DNA of 33,891 nucleotides from Paraglomus brasilianum (Eukaryota): NCBI GenBank assembly GCA_910592345.1, contig CAJVPI010000350.1, positions 1 to 33,891 of the forward strand, read 5' to 3'. Shown piece by piece: positions 11,099 to 23,548 of this stretch (position 1 is its first letter; each line of letters starts with the position of its first letter). The notes under the pieces were generated by a model. It saw only the letters and a program-made list of their open reading frames with translations, ran no database searches and was not told where the DNA came from. The position numbers and the translations under genes were made by a program.

Positions 11099-11859
11099 TT
11101 ATATTAGTATTAGTGTATTAATAAACGATTTAATTAAATGTATATTCGGCCTTCGGCCATTTGACTGTTGGCCGACTTATCGAGACTGACTGTGTAATAT
11201 GTTCATCGCCAGGCGTTTATTCACACGTCATCGAGGCCTGCCGAGAATTGAAAAAACGAAAAGTTTTTTCTTTTAATAGAAGGCTCAAGATAGTAACGCT
11301 GAGACACGCACCTTGCCGTTTGAACTCCGCGGAAGTTTAACGTACAAATAATGATTCTCCTGCATGACAATCTGCATGCATTTCTTGAACTGTATACAGT
11401 ATTCATTATATATATACAAAGAGTTTTCTTAACCACAACATACAGCGTACAATACAATGCCTTATTTCCTTGAATTTGGGGGTATTTTTGCACAAGGAGC
11501 TCCAAGTGTTTGGGAATGACTAATACAGAATGTGGGAACGTGTTAATATTAATAAGTTTCACAGTACATTATTATTTGATTGTCTAATTTCCTAATAAAT
11601 ACTAATCTAAATTCAACACTGTATCACCGAATCTAAACATCGTACGGAATGTAAACAATGGCGTTACTGACTGTGCTGACTGTATACCGTAAAAAGTTGT
11701 AACGTTTCAGATCAATTTATTATTATCATAATTAATCTTTATTCAGTTTATATGTCTATGTATATGAGTAGAATACAGAGAACGTGCATTATGATTGTCA
11801 ATGGCAATACAAAAGTGATTAAGTGACATGAATACTACATTATTACTATGTTCCTTCGC

Positions 11860-13874
11860 TTATCCGACCAGAACCCATACAGACTTTGTGCATGGGGTAC
11901 CATTGTTCAGAATGAACACGTAATGCGGACCGGGGGGTAATATGAAATTATTCGGAGGCATATATACTTTGGCAGTATAAGTATCTTGTCCTGATGATGC
12001 AATGTCGGTTATTTGGAGATGAACGAGTCTCATCGACATTGCTTGGGAGTGAGTGCGAAAACCAGGATGTACTATGGTGGCTGTGATTGTACCGGGAGTT
12101 CCGGTAAGGGTATAGATTATAGGAACAGCCTCGCCGTAAGTCACTTTTATGGGAGATGTATTGAGAGTCGTCTGACCCTTGAAGGAAGTTATCTGTGGAC
12201 GAGTGTTGGCCGATATATATGGTGGAGTGAATATTTCGGCACGGTATCTAATGGATAGATTAGATGTATTTAGTATAGTAAATAGATTGTAAGGTTGACG
12301 AAACAGTCGAAAATAACCATGATCGTCGAGGATATAGTAAACTAACAAAAAATTTCCTTGTCTCTCGGCACACTAAAGAATTACTTACTCTGTCGGGTAT
12401 AGCCCACCTGTCTTGAAATTGGGATTAGGATTACTTCCAGCTACCCAGACAGTGCCATCAGTAATCAAGCTGGCAACTGAGTGGTACATTCTTGGAATAG
12501 TGGCTGGGGTAAGCTTAGTCCATCGTTGTCCCAAAGGCTGATACATATCATAAAGAAGTGGTGTGAACGCAGGATTATCAGCCAAGAGCTTCCCTGTGTT
12601 ATATCCAGCTTGTCCAAGAGATGCTCCATTCAGGAACAATACATGACCATCAGCGAGATGAACGACGTCAGGCATGACTCTAGGTATGCCACCAAAATTG
12701 TCAGCTTCCCATTTTGGGTCAGCAGAACCAAGGTCCATTCTAACACATGAATCCTCGGCAGGGTTAGTGAACTGGTTGAACATACTTTGTCCTCCACATA
12801 CAAGGAATTCAGGATTGTAATTATTTTGGTAATCAAGCGGAAGCAGGGTCGCTGCACCAGTGCACGGATATGAACGAATACCGCCAGGAGCCTCAGGAAG
12901 TGCTTTAATTGGTACATTGTTTGTGATGTCATATATTACCGACGCTTTATTTGCGAAAACGATATAGTAGCCTTGCCATATGCCGTCGGGAATTACATGG
13001 ATAAATGGGAAAAGGTTATACGGAAGGCTGTTCAGGAAATAAAGTAGAAACGATTTTAAAAGGTGTTTGAACGGATAAATCAACGTATTCATTTCATATA
13101 ATGCACTTACGTATCGACTAAGAACTGTACGTTGGATGCTTTATTATTTCCAGTGGGACTATGTATCTCGAAAGTCGGGTTATTCTTGTTTGCAGAGTTA
13201 GCTCCAGTTGACTGGACGGAACCACCGAAGTTGAGAATGTCTCCAGTTGGCATAGTAAGCATGGCATTATACCATCGATTACTGCTTAGCAAGTTAGGGA
13301 CTTCGATGATCTCGCAAGTGCCATCTTGACATGGTTGAAAGTAACGAATGCCACGATAACCATCGCCTGCGTTATTAGCCGGGTTTGGTTCACCACCGCC
13401 GGTCGAAAGGAATGTACCATTGCCAAAGAATGCTCCAGCCGAGCAGAAAGTGTTTGTGGATAACTTGAGCGGTCGGAATTTGTGTGTTGCGAGATTATAT
13501 TCGGCGGCCCAGGTTAGTGAACCATCAGGCAATTTTGCGTCTGGATTGGTCTCGGCTGTTAAGAGTTTAAAGTAACCGGGATATAGTTAGTACGAAATTA
13601 AGGAAAATATACAGGGCATATATTCAAATTTATTACATTTGTCGATGATGATTATTGTCGTCGGAGTTAACATCATTGCGTGCATAGCAGTGACTCCCGT
13701 CCTGTATTAGGAGAAGGAGTTAGTAACCATGCTCTTTCGATTGTTTTTATCACGCTTTACATCTTCATTCATCTGATCGTATACTCACAATCCGTCGACC
13801 GTCCATTGTGCATTAACACAGGCTACTGTGAAAACCGAAGCAAATATAAACCATGAAAGCAGCTTACGCCCCAT
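11860..13874 (-). CDS. Secreted copper-radical oxidase, CAZy AA5 (glyoxal oxidase-like), about 540 aa; exons 13874-13789, 13701-13637, 13555-13111, 13027-12389, 12247-11860
   Basis: Four GT-AG introns with matching phases give 1623 nt. Signal peptide MGRKLLSWFIFASVFTVACVNA. Motifs TGVTAMH, NTFCSAG (crosslink Cys), RWY, RSYP (crosslink Tyr), RMYHS (Tyr/His ligands), GFRTHS (His ligand) and PPGPHYVF. Confidence 0.93.
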
Positions 13875-16800
13875 TGTGGTGGATGGATAGAGGTAAGTAA
13901 AAAGGAATGGTTATTGAGTGTGTTGCCTTCACTTAGTGAGATGTGCAGACACGAGGGATTAACCAGACCGTGAGGGTGGTTGGTAGATTAACCCGTCTAT
14001 ATATATGTATGTATATGCAGGTATATTATGTTCCAATGCGGAGAGCGTTTCTATTTATATACAATATTGCAAACCCGCAGCTTGTAGTTGAACTTATATT
14101 TAGATGAAAGACGTCCCACACGCCCTGAAAACTTTATATTAAAACTTGTCAAAAATAGGACCAAGATAATTGTAATGTAGCACTGCATGCGTTACTCCAG
14201 ATAATAAGTTATTGTTATTATTAGCCAACAAGGATGTGGTCACAAGCGTGTATTACTGCCGAGTTTCGAGGGTTTATACGCGCTTTTTTGGCTTCTATAA
14301 TTGGGAACAAGTCGGGAATTTCTTTGTTCTCTCCATACAAGGTTTATCGTCAAGTGTTAAACAGGACAGCAATGTCTTTTTTCAAAGCGATTGAAAATTC
14401 TATTGTCAAAGTAGTATCTCCATATTTGTCAAGCTTGGATATGAAGTATACCATATTCGGGTTGGGATCGGCAGGGATATTAAATAGTCCCTGAACTATC
14501 ATTGACTGGGAATATTCACGGGATAAATCTTATAAATATTATTGGCAGGTAAATTTACACATTGTTGTACAACCCACATCATTCAATGGAAGAAAACGTC
14601 AGTGGAAAAAAGAAAACCGCTTTGAACGTTTCAATCATTCATCAACCGCCAAAGTTTACCTCAACGGAGATTTATCTCCGAGTATAATAATAATAGGACT
14701 AATTTTTCATGGTTTCGTACATCGTGTTTGCGTAAAAACTTATTCTTTTAGACACGTGTTGTCTATGTTACATCTGGAGAAAACTTTTTCAATACAATAC
14801 TGCAATTAGATAATTTATTTAAGTATTATCATATATATATTCAATGTTTTAGAAGAGATCTATCTGCCCAACGCCTTTGTCACAGAAAATTGATCCGTAA
14901 AATAGAGTTTGTCGTTGCTATGTGGTTTTCAACTTACTTGTATTGAGAGCACTGATCACTGTATATGTAGTACTATATGGCGACTATCGTTCCACGGCTT
15001 TCTGAAAAGGTATTTGTTACAAAATCATTTAAAATACATGATCAATTAATTGCAAATTAAATGACTCAGCATTGCCGATCTACATAATTGATGACACTGC
15101 TGTTGTTAAATGAGTAAAATATCTTTGCTAAGGCAGTAGGGTGACCGAATCGTTTCCATCAATAGGAGCGGAAATACTAATACTCTACTTGTAAGTTTTG
15201 GTATAAACCATATATATTTTATTTCGGAATGATAGATGTTGGCCCGAATAGATCGACCATCGTAAACGTATCTCAAATTTAAACCTGTGCGACTTCCAAT
15301 ATAATCGCCAGATGTACAAACAAAAGTCATCGTTAATTAAGTGAATGCAACCTAATCTAATTAATCTTAATAGCGTCTTTAAGCACGGGGATACAATTCA
15401 CATGGAGGCTGCATACGTAACTTTGCTCAGAATTTAAGGATTCCAAACTCTTGTTGGTGCAAAGCTAACATTGTTTCAGTATTGGCACGAGTTACGTTGC
15501 ACCAAACAGATGATATTAAGAAAGTTTAGAATTCTGATATCAAACCAATCGCTGGCAATTCTTAGTGAATTTGCAAACATTGTTTGGAGTTACATACATT
15601 TAACTTAATGTACTAACTTGTACATATTGATCATTATATGTATACCATGTTACGTGGAGTTTGAAACAATTGTAAGAGTGTATTAAGAAACAAGAACATC
15701 AAATTTACAAAGAAAATGACGCACTATTGATCGAGTCTACCACTAACAATAAATTACCGCATACCAGGTTGCATAAACATTCTGTATAAATAAGCAAGAT
15801 TACTCAATATGAATCCCCTGAACTCTTTGGTTTGCCACACATTTATTCAAGAAGCATGTTTATTACCTTACTTGATGGATTCAATCTTGGAGATATTTAT
15901 GTCAAAAGATAATGTTTGTTGTAAATAAATATGAGAAAACTTGCTCTCGAGAATACTGACAACTATTTATTACTTACGGGGTCAAAACATGTGGATGTAG
16001 CCTAATAAATGCCGGTAACATATTAATGGTACGAATTTTCGGAGTGTATTTTCGAGACAACGCCATATTTAATTGTCCGTAATTAACTACCCTTTACGTT
16101 AGAATTTCCATCTAATTTATTTGATGAGAATTTGGTTAGCGCCATGTGTGCATTTATATTTGCACGCATACTACTAACCTTGTATGAAATTCATGCGATA
16201 ATCAGTAATTGCGCTTAAATTATTCATATTCCCCCCGTCTAGTAGCCATGTCTACCATACAATAAACACATTATTCGACTAACTATAAAACCCATTAAAT
16301 TCTCATGTAACAAATTAAAATTCTGTGCGCAAATTATAAAAAATAGTATAAGTTGGGCTTGCTTGCACGAGATTACCGTACCAGAAGGCTTTGGTAAATT
16401 CAAATTGTGCGCGCTATCAAGGAGCGAAATCTTTCTATTTTTAATCATTCACATTTCTGTAAATAGCAACATACGAAATCAAGGAATATTATTGCAAAGC
16501 TTAAATGACGACGGCGAAATTTCAATTACGAGCAAAGAAAGCTTTCCGTGCTCACATTATTTCAAATTTGCATATTATTGCAACTTTTATGTATTCAAAC
16601 TTGCATATTGCTGTCGCTGAATTTGTCAAACATAGAACTTAATTACCGCCTTTATATGATTTTATTCACAACTGGCTTAAGTTCTAAAAAAAATTGTTAC
16701 CAGCACGTGTGTTCATGTACCGCTTTCTTGTGAATAAAAGTTCCTCGCGATAGTTCATGTGCCGCTTTCATAATAATACATTTTTTCAATATTGATACGA

Positions 16801-17580
16801 AAAGTTCAAAGTGGAATCACTCCCGTGAGGAACACGCGCCAAAACCTCTTTTTTTTTTATACAATTTGAGATAACACACGTAAAGTATGTCAACTGTGCT
16901 ACAATTATTAAAAGTTGCTAAAACTAAAAAACATGACGTCAGGTCTGGTTTGCTGTGTATCGAATGGTGACGTCAGTATTCTGATGCGGCCAACTTTCAT
17001 GACTTCCAGGCTATCAAGACCAATAGAGGCCCGAGCCGAACTAATCAAGACAACGATAATAGATAATTAATAATGGCTCTTTCTGAACGGTTTGTCCCTG
17101 CTTAAAAAGTATATCACCTCCAAGTAAAGTGCTTATATATTGATTGGTAAACTCAATTTATGAGCACACTATTTCCATCGAGGAAATGCGATTTGCCATA
17201 TGGGAACAACTGGGTTACAGCAACTGCGTAAAATCTGAGAGTGTCTATCGTGCTTAGCAGTTTAACAAACAAGAGACTGCTAATTCGATACGTTTTTAAG
17301 TGCAAGTTGAATTTAATTACAAGCCATTTTATTATTACATATCAGTATTATATTGCAGTAAAGCCATAATACTTCCAACTTTTTTTCTCTCTTTCGCTTT
17401 TTTTCTTTCTCGTGCCTTTTTTGTTTTTCATTAATTAATATTATAAATGTATTATTACTACCATTGCTATTAAAAGATAATGCCTTCTTGGAGGAGAATA
17501 TAACAGTAAAATGAAGTTATTATTATTATATGATTTCATTATGTATTTCACTATACATCCCCTCTATTAAAAAACTGTAC

Positions 17581-18110
17581 CAACCCCTTATGAATAATTT
17601 CGAGTTTATGTAAATGTAGCAACCCATCACTAATCCCCAAAGCCAGCTTGTACTTCTCCCATGTCAGCTTAGGGAAATATTCCTGCAGGTGTTCAAACAA
17701 AGTGCCGCCATCTGCATATTCAAACACCATGCGATAGGGGCCAGATAAATCTGTTCAGGTTATAAGTTTATAGAATTGGATAAGTTATAATCTTTATATT
17801 ATGTACAGGGAAACATAACGTCAATATTACCTGATGCACCTTGGCATATTCTTAAGAACCGAATAATCCGCTTGTTTATGAGTTTTCAACTATTAGATTA
17901 TGGATTCAGTTTATATAACCTTTAAACGCTATACAACAGTTACAACGATCGATTATTAATGATAACCTCTTTGACAAACCGCTTACATAATTCGTCTTCA
18001 CATCCGTATCGATTTTGAAACAAAGTTTTCATTGTGACTAATTTTCCATATCCACCACCACCGAGAGGCGTACGATCTATAATATCATCTTTTGATAAAG
18101 CCTGCCTGGA
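17581..18110 (-). pseudogene. Tyrosine-kinase-like (TKL) protein kinase pseudogene, N-lobe to subdomain VIb
   Basis: Minus strand: PLGGGGYGK, KRFVKE followed by an intron, and YRMVFEYADGGTLFEHLQEYFPKLTWEKYKLALGISDGLLHLHKLEIIHKGL followed by GT. HRDL has decayed to HKGL and no downstream DFG exon is recognisable. Confidence 0.85.
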
Positions 18111-19013
18111 TACCCTTAGCTAACCACTTTTTATATGTGTTGTTGGACGATTGACTTTGGGACATTTTGGAGAGAATCGTTAACGTTAACGTGTGCCAAT
18201 ACAGACGGCTCTCATGTGATATCGTAATTATTCAAACGAACGAAAGAAAAAAGATGTCTTCAACTATTACCTCTGAAGTCCCTCTACCCGCTTCAGCTGC
18301 TGAACTATATAAGCAAACAGAGAACTCTCTAATGACAGTAACGAGTTTCTAGCTCATGATTCATTTGAAAAGGCTTTCCGATTATGGAGTCGGATATCCT
18401 TGTCAGGATGCGGTACATGGCGTGCTTTTTGAAAAGGGGTGATGATAGAAAACTTTAATCAGCAATCGCTGTCTGAAAAATGAAGCATTAAAGAAACGGT
18501 TAGGTGAACTACCAACAAGATCTTATTTAAGTCTGCTAAAATAAAAGGGAAGCCCACTATTAAATTTCCCCACTGTAAAAGGTTTTTACCGATCCATTCC
18601 ATATTAATACTGTACTCAAACTGAGTTTTGAAGGAAAGAAGCTATGGCTTCAAAACACAGTTTCATAAACTATACGCCTCTTGTTTTCGTTTTTATTGAC
18701 ATGAACATTAGTTTTCTCATTAGAAAATTTTAAAAACTGGTTTTTTTTTTATTCTTTCGTAATGTAAATAAAACAAGGGCCATTAGTATAGGTTGATCCC
18801 AGAAAACTCCTCTCCAAGTCTGGTATTTATCAACAAAATCGTGTACCTAGACTTTATAGGAATAATCGTCAAGCGAAAATAAAGGTACATCGGTGCTCTA
18901 ACCATAGCGAACTAGTTTATTTTTTACTTTGCGATTACAAGATATAATAAAAATATAAATGTATCGAAATATAGAAAAAATAAAAGGATACAAATTACTA
19001 TGCATCCAGATAC

Positions 19014-20394
19014 TTAAAGTTGTAAAAATCTTTTTAATCTTCTTTCTTCCTTGTGCAATTTTGGCAACTCATTCTCCACGATCTCACTCAAGCCAAACCC
19101 AATAAAAAAGTAATGGCGACTCTTTGGTTCATATAAAATATTTTGCTTTGAGATATCATTGTGTAGGACGCCACAATTATGTATTGACTTGAGTTGATTG
19201 ACTATTAATTTTTTTTCCTCTTTAGTAAGTCTTTCCGGATCAACGTGATGGGCGCCCTCAATTATCTGCAATATTACGCAAAGAGATATCCATCATAAAT
19301 GTAACCTTTATAGAACAAACGTGGAACAGCACGACCTATTATCAATATTGCGATAGGCAAGTTAATAATATTCTGAATAAAATTTTTTGTACCTTGACAT
19401 TCTTTCAAAATAGAGTAAATATGAGCCTCATGCTTTAGCATTTTCGTCGCTTCTTGCTCCTTGTATGCATCACAAGTCTTCCATGCCATGGATTGACCAT
19501 CATAATAGCCAGAAAATCCCTTTGTAAAGGTTCCGCCACCTATATAGTAGTTATTCCTTTGGAAGATGACGCAATCACTCTCTTCTTGCTACCGGTCTGA
19601 ATCGAAGAACTCTTCCTCTTCTTTGAACTAGAAGAACCAGGAGGAATATAATCGTCGTCAGGGTCATCATCAAGATAGTCCTCGTAATCATCATCTTTAT
19701 CGTCATCATCGTCATAGGATGAAAAATTACACGATCCAATCTATCACCGGCGGTATTACTAATAGCTAGGCGACTAATGTAGTAAACGCTCGCGTAAAGT
19801 CGGATTGGTACTATTAAAATGAATAACACGGGAAACATATAGGGTAGTTGATTCTGTTTCTAGCCGTTTGAGAAAATATATATCAGAATAGTTTGCCAAA
19901 ATCCCATAATGAAGACCATTGCAGGCCATTTCGCCAAATGTCTGAGATAAGATCTTTTTTCTAAACTTCAAATCTTGATAAACTTCCAGAAGTTATGATT
20001 ACCTAACTTCAAATTGTGACGAGTTTTAACCTCCACAGGCATCTTGGCCGTTGTGGGATTATTAATGCATAAAGTGAAATCGGGAACACCCAAAATTCCA
20101 GTATTTTTTGCATAGAATCCTGCTTCTCCTAGTAGTGTTTCAACTGGCCATAATAAAAACGAATTCTTGCATCGTCTTCTACTTCTAGATCTCCTGTATT
20201 AGTTGGAACACTTGGAATTGTCCTCCCGGAGCATGACGGATCGAATTGTTGACACTTTGGTTGAAGTAACGCCATTTTCTCACGACATATGGAAAGAGGG
20301 AATAAGCTGGTCCAGTTGAAGCAGCTGAACCTGGAGTCTGCCATGTGCAAACAGGGACGACGCGACTTAGTAACTGATTTGCTGTTTCAGTCAT
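19014..20394 (-). pseudogene. PD-(D/E)xK nuclease-fold domain fused to an atypical protein-kinase-like domain; disrupted
   Basis: N-part: GVPDFTL...PVEVKT...SQTFGEM...YGILANY. Acidic linker with KKRK. C-part: YIGGGTF, AWK, HEAHIY, VPRL, GVLHNDISKQNIL, FIGFGLS. Putative 57-bp intron at 19336-19392. Several stops and frameshifts. Confidence 0.8.
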
Positions 20395-20889
20395 CCTTAG
20401 TGTTAATCAAACACAAAACTATCCGGCGTAAAATTGATTAAAAAATCACATTGTCGTCATTTACGTCATACAACTGACCCGTGCGACATAACAGTTCATT
20501 AATTTCTGTGCTTAAAAGAAGCCGGATGTATCGCAGTTTGTTAAGAAACTTGAGGATAGGTTCACCGCCTATTAAAAGTAGGTATAGAGAGCGTAGGACT
20601 CGGAGAAAATTAAATGCCGAAGTAGCAAACAACTCCCCAACGATCTCTCAAAGAGTGCAATCGAGAAGAGAGTAGAAAGATTTATGATCCTTTCAGTAAT
20701 ATTGGGGTTGATAAAATATAACGAGTAAAAAGTTATTCCGCATTGAGAATTTCTAAGTTGAGTTAGGATGTATCGATGCTATAGAAGAAGCGTTCGAAGC
20801 TTTTACTGCGCCGGAGTCGCGTAATTTTCGCTGCCCGCGTATATAATAAAGGTGTTTGCCCACATCGGGCCTAGTGTCTTCAGATTGTA

Positions 20890-21060
20890 CACCCACTGGA
20901 CAAAAAAGTATTGGTAATTTTTGTCGATCAATTAGTAAAATATATTAATATGATACATTGTTATATAAAGAAGTTCTGTTATATTTTATTATAACGTAAT
21001 TTAATATTTACAAATTCAAATTCATCAAGCGTTGTTTGACGTGCCAATTCTAGACTGCTT
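20890..21060 (-). mobile_element. Orphan Tc1/mariner-type terminus with possible transposase C-terminal remnant
   Basis: TA|CACCCACTGGACAAAAAAGTATTGG resembles the TIR at 7024/10175. The minus strand at about 21010-21055 reads SLELARQTTLDEF. No partner TIR found. Confidence 0.4.
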
Positions 21061-22654
21061 TGTGATATCGTCCTTCTCATTTAGTCAGCAAAACATGACA
21101 GATATAATTGCTGATAACAATACTAAGCAGTCGTAAATCGTACAATTCGCAAATTATTTGTTCCGCTTTTAGACAACACAGTCCTATTGCAATGACTGGC
21201 ACTGCAAAATACGAATATTTCTTTGAATTCACTTGAATCCAACCCTTCACACTATATAGTCTATAGTCTAGTTAATATGTCGGAAAAACTGGGTTGTCAA
21301 GGATGAGGTCATGCAACACTTGTTACATGAATTTGATAGAGAATCCCTTAAAAAGAGGAGTCAATCAGTAATATGCATTAGGAAGCCTCAAAGGATATAC
21401 AGTATTTTCCAGAATTGGAGACACTTGGTAATGCAAAACTGAGCAAACGTAATAAACAAACTATGGATTGTATGAAGAGATTGATGGTTTTTATATGCTA
21501 TCGTTTTCGTGCAAAAAGCTAATAAATTCGGAGGATTCGATTGCAGAAATATTACAGTCAATTTGCACGATAACGAGAGTAGAATCTTCCGAGACGTTTG
21601 TATCGAAATACTCTTTTTTGTCATATCCCAAAAGCCACGTTACAAGCGAAAAGTATGTTAGCGGATACGGATAGCTAGAAAATGAATCTTGTAGCTGTCT
21701 TGAAAATTGGTTTGTTATAGGGATGCAGAGACTGTCACAAAACATGGAATGAATTCTGCATAAGAGGCAATTTTATTTTGGAGTAAATTATTATGGACGT
21801 AGTATGCGCGACACATTACGCGTGACATGCACTTAGTCTGATGTTGTAGCAGTCTGCTCCTTATGGTGTAATTGTTAGAAGTAATTGTAGCTGAACTCTG
21901 GTTTTTTCTTATTAGTGTGTTAACCATCATTATAACATTCCTGATTCCAGCAAGCTTGTCTGTTGTCCCAACGGAAGACGGTGATAAACTAGCTCAACAG
22001 TTTATCGACAAATGATTTGATGCAGACTTCTTTGAAACAAAAACTTTCTTTCACTTTATCTATTTCAAGTTCTCCCGTTAGATTTCTTGGATCAAAAAAA
22101 TGAAATTGTTAATTGTCAGTTAATCGAATTAAGGCATATCTGGAATGTATGCAGACGTCGTGATTTAAGCATGTACGAAAACTTTCCAAACTGCTCTTAT
22201 TATAAAAGGGACAAGTCTCTTTGAACCAATCTAGTGCTTATGATTAATGATATGCAGAGGGTTTGTTGACCATGTGGCGTTAGCAATTTGAGGTTTCGAG
22301 GTCTTTATTTAGGCGCACATGACGTTAGCAATTTGAAGTTGCTTGTGACTTTGATATTATTAATAGTCTTATGCCATTCATAGTACTGTAGTACATGCTT
22401 TCGATTTGCAGTTATCATGGAATGAACAATTATATATTACATTCGCTAGATTAGTAAATGTGTGCTTATCTAGATGCTAAATGTACCGTACAACGGTCGT
22501 TCATTAATAGTGTTAATTACTATAAATCAACATAGACATCTCCACTCATTAATCAATACTCGTTTCAATACTTATCCATTACCACATATATAGACTACAT
22601 ATACATATTAAATATTTGATGGGAGATTCAACTTTCGTATCATGCGTCCATCTT

Positions 22655-23548
22655 TCACTTTGATATCTTCTTCAACCGCAACTCTGTTGAGAGTAATCAA
22701 GCGGTCAATAAACAAGTATAAGTACATCAACACATCCGCACCCATTAATTACTCTTACCCAGATGTTTAGAATATTCATCCAACTCAGCAGTCACTTTCT
22801 CCAAATACTTCACCTGCTCGCATATCTCGTCTATCTGTTGGATATAAGGATCAAAATCTACGTCTTGTAGTTCGGTTAGAAGAATGTTAGACCTATTGAA
22901 GACGGGATAAAAATAGCGATAGACAAAATCTTTTGACACTTGCATATTTGTTGCAGTTTTGACATTTCCACCATCAATGTCTGTGCCATTCCTGACATTT
23001 CTCTATATCTGTCTCGAGTAACGTTATTCATGGTCTCTAATAGTTTATAGTCTTCCGTTGTAGCCATACAATCGATATAACATAAGCAGCATTTATTGTT
23101 AGATCTCCTACAGACCATAATACAATAATGACTGTCGCATTCCATTTACAGCACGTTTTTCATTTATGCATTAGTTCAACCTTCCCGTTAACTTACCTAA
23201 CATCTCAGCCCTCAAGTATTCAGCCACACTTCCAAACATCTCATCAGTAATTTTGTTAACATCTCTATGGATCATTCTTGCGTTTTCTTTTCCCTCATCT
23301 TTGTTCCCTGCCGCTTCATCTTGCACCGATTTATTGATCGACGATGTTGTATTGCGTTGAGAATGAGCAGGAGACGAAGAAGAAGATTGAGACGTAGAAG
23401 TGAGTGGAAGAACAGTCGAAGTTAGAGAAGATAGAGTGGATGTGAATGCTGATGTTGTCGTTGATATAGCTGATGTTATGGCGCTTGTCGCAGACTTTGT
23501 TGATAGGTGATGATCCGAAGATGATGAGGTGCGATTTGGCGAGGACAT
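22655..23548 (-). CDS. BLOC1S2: BLOC-1/BORC subunit 2, about 197-201 aa; exons 23548-23197, 23063 (or 23051)-22944, 22863-22759, 22683-22655
   Basis: Spliced product MFGSVAEYLRAEML-ATTEDYKLLETMN...KLQQI-YVDFDPYIQQIDEICEQVKYLEKVTAELDEYSKHL-ELRLKKISK matches the BLOC1S2 pattern (EDYKLLE.MN, PY..QI..IE.QV..LE.....LD.YS..LE). Ser/Thr-rich N-terminal extension. Confidence 0.9.

Larger units (their letters stand above)
10358..11192 (+). mobile_element. Non-autonomous, internally deleted pogo/Tigger derivative related to the 396-2913 element
   Basis: 21-bp TIRs CAGTCAGACTCGACAAGTCGG and the reverse complement of 11172-11192 (CAGTCAGTCTCGATAAGTCGG), with TG on both flanks. Region 10450-10505 aligns to the reverse complement of about 2825-2872. 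The transposase C-terminus is retained. Confidence 0.85.

Noticed and set aside
16934..16975. Two TGACGTCA (CRE/ATF-type) palindromes 34 bp apart
   Set aside because: No adjacent intact gene start, so function cannot be supported from sequence alone.
18885..18916. tRNA-like fragment (TGGTTAGAGCACCG on the minus strand)
   Set aside because: Only a D-arm-like match; no T-arm/B-box or acceptor stem.
20857..20874. Helitron-like 3' end (GCCC-ACATC-GGGC followed by CTAG)
   Set aside because: The stem is only 4 bp and abuts the CTAG; no matching 5' end or Rep/Hel sequence was seen.
21388..22080. Cluster of short overlapping ORFs
   Set aside because: Possibly a decayed gene, but no motif or consistent exon structure could be assigned.
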